Shown here piece by piece: positions 60,307 through 64,000 of a stretch of DNA of 64,000 bases (its first letter is position 1; each line of letters begins with the position of its first letter). The DNA lies in assembly GCF_009914755.1 (NCBI RefSeq), contig NC_060928.1; one strand, 5' to 3'. A program made the position numbers and the translations under genes. This DNA comes from the human T2T-CHM13v2.0 reference genome, Homo sapiens. The notes beneath the pieces were generated by a model, which was given only the letters and a program-made list of their open reading frames with translations, did not search any database and had not been told where the DNA came from.

Positions 60307-61987
60307 GTAAGTACATTGTGGAAAGAGAACAGATATAGGCATCTGCACAACTCTGTGGTGAAACAAAACAAGCAGGGCATAAAGCGTTAAGACTAGACAT
60401 GGTGTGCCTGTAGAGAATTCTGCAGGGAGAGCCTCATGCATTCATAATGCAGCTTAGGAAGCATGAAGAAATGTGTCTGAGGAAAGGAATCCTTTCTTAA
60501 TTTTAATTCATTCACCATACATGAAGAGAATCAAGACATATTCTAGTACTTACAATGAGTCTCCTCTTAGAGAAAAGCTAAACCCACTTTTCTTTATAAT
60601 AGCTAGTCTTCAGTAACTACGTCTGAGACTTCAACAAATCTTCCTAGAAACTAAACACCCTTGTTAAGAAATTGTTGGTGTCAAAACATAACCACATCCT
60701 GGTTTACATGATGAGAAATGCTGGTGGATTAGGCCATCTGATGAGTTTGGAAATGCACTGTTTTACGTAATCCTCAACAGTACACCAAGTTATGTTTTTA
60801 CTTATTCTATTGCTATGTGTGAATATTGCATTAAATGCTAGACATGGTATGTAAGTACTTGATGGTTCTGATTTCCTTTTTGGCAAATATAGGCAAAAAT
60901 GCATATTATTTTATTTCCATCTGTAGACTGCTTACTCTATTACTTATGGTAATAAGTTAAGATTTGATTTCTATAGTTTTCTTTTTATTGGAGTGTCACA
61001 CTTTATTTTAACTTGAAGACTGATGTTGTGCTGTCTCAAAAGAAAAAAAGCTTAGCAATAGACAATGATTTTTATTGTGGTAATTCTGAGAAAACCCATA
61101 TAAATAGCGACTGTTTTTGCTTTTGCTTTGCACTATTGGTCATATATGACAGATCGGTTCAAATAATTATTATCAAATCATTCTATTTCAAAAAGTAATG
61201 TGACTACATGTACTTGAAAACAAAAATTAGAATTCTTTCCCATGGAAGGTTATTGAAGCTGCACTTTAGTGCCTTCTGGATGCAAAGTAGTTTTTCATTT
61301 GTTTCTTCTAGATAGACTCAAAGTTCTTGGCTTGTAAAACTGACCTAATGTCATAAATTTAACTTGCTTTTCAGAATATTACTTCTGCAGAAGATGGACT
61401 CATTTTTGTTGCCTGCAAAAATCATTAGATGAATGATTTCTGTTTGGAATGTGATGTTTGTTACAGACTCTTCTGGGAGGTCTAGGCCATTTTTTATAAG
61501 ACAAAAACAAGAATTTGAGAGCACTTGCTAGCTGATGATGTTCTCTGCTTTAGTCTTCTTCATCCTTCTAGGAATTCTGAGCTGAGCATATCCCACCAGG
61601 ATTTTCATAAAATTCCCTTTCAATTGGCCATGCCAGAGCCCTCATCTCCTCTGGAAGTTTTTGCCAAACTGACCTCATTAAAAATATTTGTCCTGATTAT
61701 TAAGTCAATGAATATTTAGTATGAGTACTTAAAAATATATAGGAAAGAATAGAAAAACTTGGTGAAAATATTATTCATAATCCCTCTGCCCAGAAGAAAA
61801 GTACTAAATTTTTGACCTAGTTCCTTCTCAGTTTGACTTTCTTCTGCACTGGCCCACTGATCTACTACTGTTGGGAATTTTGGATGTGATAAAGAAGAAT
61901 TTTCAGATATGTTGTAGGAAGATCTCCCCTTATCAGGAGCCCATCGATTTAACATATTTATTTGTCAAAGCAAAACAATAGGATATT

Positions 61988-62082
61988 TTGATACTTCTAT
62001 TCATTAAACTACTTTATTCATTAAACTATTCATTTGATACTTCTATTCATTAAAGTATGTATTGATACTTCTATTCATTAAA
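61988..62082. repeat. Three perfect copies of ttgatacttctattcattaaa plus partial copies
   Basis: Copies at 61988-62008, 62034-62054 and 62062-62082. Confidence 0.93.
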
Positions 62083-62248
62083 CAAATGCATATTGAAGCA
62101 AATAATAAGGTATGCAAAGAACAAGCAAACAAGGTCCATAGTTAATTATTTTAAAAAAGGAAAGAATAAGATGTAAAATCTGAGAGGCATCTGGAGACTT
62201 TTCAAAAAATATATGTAATATCAAGTTAATACAATATAATACACAGGA

Positions 62249-62493
62249 TTAACTAAGCAATTTGTTTTGGCTTTTGTGAATCATTAAAATCAAGTAATTT
62301 TGGTGAACATTTCACAACATTTGGTGAATTATTAACAAATACAGTAGTCCATCATTATTTGAGACAGATAGGTTCTTAACTGAGCAATTTGTTTTGGCTT
62401 TTATGAATCATTAAAATAAAATCAAGTAATAAAAACATTTTAGTGAACCAGCAACAGATGCATTCATTCCCCTTATTTGAGAGGAATATGTTC
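62249..62493. repeat. Diverged tandem duplication of about 120-127 bp overlapping the MER2 left end
   Basis: ttaactaagcaatttgttttggcttttgtgaatcattaaaat at 62249 versus ttaactgagcaatttgttttggcttttatgaatcattaaaat at 62376. Confidence 0.85.
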
Positions 62494-62816
62494 CAAGACC
62501 CCCAGTTGATGCCTGAAGCCACAGATAGTACTGAACTGTACATATGCTACATTCTATATTTTTTTCCTCTCCATACATACTTATGATAAAGTTTAATTTG
62601 GATAGCATAGTAAAAGACTAGCAACAGCAATAACTAATAATAAAATAGAACAATTATAAAGATATACTGTAATGAAATTTATGTGAATGTGGTCTCTCTC
62701 TCTCTCTCAAAATATCTTATTGTAGTATACTCACTATTGTTGGACCATGGTTGAGCATGGGTTATTGAAACTGCAGAAAGTGGGACTTTGGATATGGGGG
62801 GACTACTGGACTACTG
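62461..62816 (+). mobile_element. MER2 (TcMar-Tigger MITE)
   Basis: ccccttatttgagaggaatatgttccaagacccccagttgatgcctgaagccacagatagtactgaac...ggatatggggggactactg followed by TA. Confidence 0.88.
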
Positions 62817-63179
62817 TAATACTTTCCAGTTTGAAGAGCAGCTTATATGTTTAAAGTAAAAATATCCCTCTGTAGGCCAACCTTTGGCAAGAGTCAAGTA
62901 AGTGCCATGCAATGATGAAGATTGCTCCTGTGCAGAACTCCATGCTTCCATTGCCACAGTTCAGGTAAAGGCCCAGAGTTTTGAGTAATCCGGGAAGTTT
63001 TCCATCTCTCCCTCTTTCTCCTTAGCATCCACAGCTTTACCACTATTATCTGCCTCAGAATTAGGCCATCCCTCACGTAGTTCCACATATCCCTTTTTGT
63101 AAACTGCCTCCCACTGATTCTTCTCTTCTGAAGCCTTTTCAGTGTGCATTTATCCTCATTTCTTCTGTGAATATTCTTT

Positions 63180-63499
63180 TTATCTTCTAATAATTAAAGT
63201 CTAATGATACTTGGTGGTATTGCTTCCTCTGTAGCCCCCATGTGGTGGCTGGTTTCCTCTTTAACACTGAGCCTTGAGATAGAGGAAGTACCCTCCTTCC
63301 TTCTTATTGCTGCTTCCAGACAAACTTCCCAACCTCCTAGTAATATAAACAAGCAAACATCTTGAATCTCTTGTTATCACACTATACCTTCTCTACATTT
63401 CTGTTTCTAGTCATCTACACTCCTGGGGAGTGTATCTTACTTGCATCAACTTTACCCCTTAAAGATTTCAACTTTGAATTACTGCCACTCTCCTATTCC
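63180..63499 (+). mobile_element. L2 endonuclease-region fragment
   Basis: ttgcttcctctgtagcc...gtggtggctgg...ctccttccttcttattgctgcttccagac...gtcatctac. Confidence 0.55.
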
Positions 63500-64000
63500 T
63501 GTTGAGAAAGCAGTTTTTAAACAAATAAATGATCAGTCCCTGTCATCTGGAAACTAGGCCATGTTACTTTTTTATTGGGTATAAACAGCCTCACAGAATA
63601 TCAGCCTCAGACTATGAGACTAAGGGGAGACAAAGTAAGACTATTTTATAATTTCGTCTAAGCACAGACAAAAATAAGGTCAATGCGTTACCCCAGATAT
63701 AAAAGATCCCTCTTATCTTGACTACTAAAATAAGTAATTTCTACTTCTTTAGCAAGGATAACTTTAGATTTGCTCTAGTGTCCCCTTCCTGGAGATAAGA
63801 TTTGTTGAACAACAGATTTGTTCCTGCTTCCTGACAGCATTCAAGTCTGTAGTGGACTCAGCTTCTTTAGATACCCGCTCAAGTCCCTCAACCAAAGTTC
63901 AAACCCTATAATTGGTTCTTGCTAATACCCTCTTACTGAGATGCTCCATGATTTCCTGTGGTGTGTGTTCTTCCTCACTGCAACAAGATAAAAAGCCCAC
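63500..64000 (+). mobile_element. ERV1 LTR, MER67-like (runs past the window end)
   Basis: gtataaacagcctcacagaa, ctgcttcctgacagcattc, accctcttactgagatgctcc...tggtgtgtgttcttcctcactgcaac. Confidence 0.75.

Noticed and set aside
61716-61955. 79-aa minus ORF with protein-like composition
   Set aside because: No recognisable domain, no convincing flanking splice sites, and length within chance.
61988-62082. CRISPR-like repeat-spacer array
   Set aside because: Eukaryotic context; spacers are short, unequal and derived from the repeat; no cas genes.

Overview
AT-rich, CpG-poor primate (almost certainly human) genomic DNA made up largely of interspersed repeats. I find no convincing host protein-coding exon, RNA gene or CpG island. 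Every long ORF in the track is LINE-1 ORF2, THE1-internal or Alu-derived. Main elements: a young 5'-inverted L1PA2 (22.2-25.5 kb, 19-bp TSD), a truncated L1PA5 (56.6-60.0 kb), several old L1M/L1PB copies, about 9 Alus, MaLR/ERVL/ERV1 LTR elements (MLT1, MSTA, THE1C, ERVL pol plus LTR16, MER66/MER67-like), DNA transposon relics (MER85, MER2, MER5A, Charlie), L2 and MIR. The window opens on GTAAGA, a possible + strand splice donor, and has a few candidate + strand exons, so it may be a long intron. The most unusual features are repair and retrotransposition scars: a 36-bp ectopic copy at an inverted, tail-less L1 junction, three L1 5' inversions, a MER85 missing its right end, and a cluster of local duplications at 62 kb. 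I see no support for a new biological system. Repeat subfamily names come from recalled consensus sequences and need RepeatMasker/Dfam confirmation.
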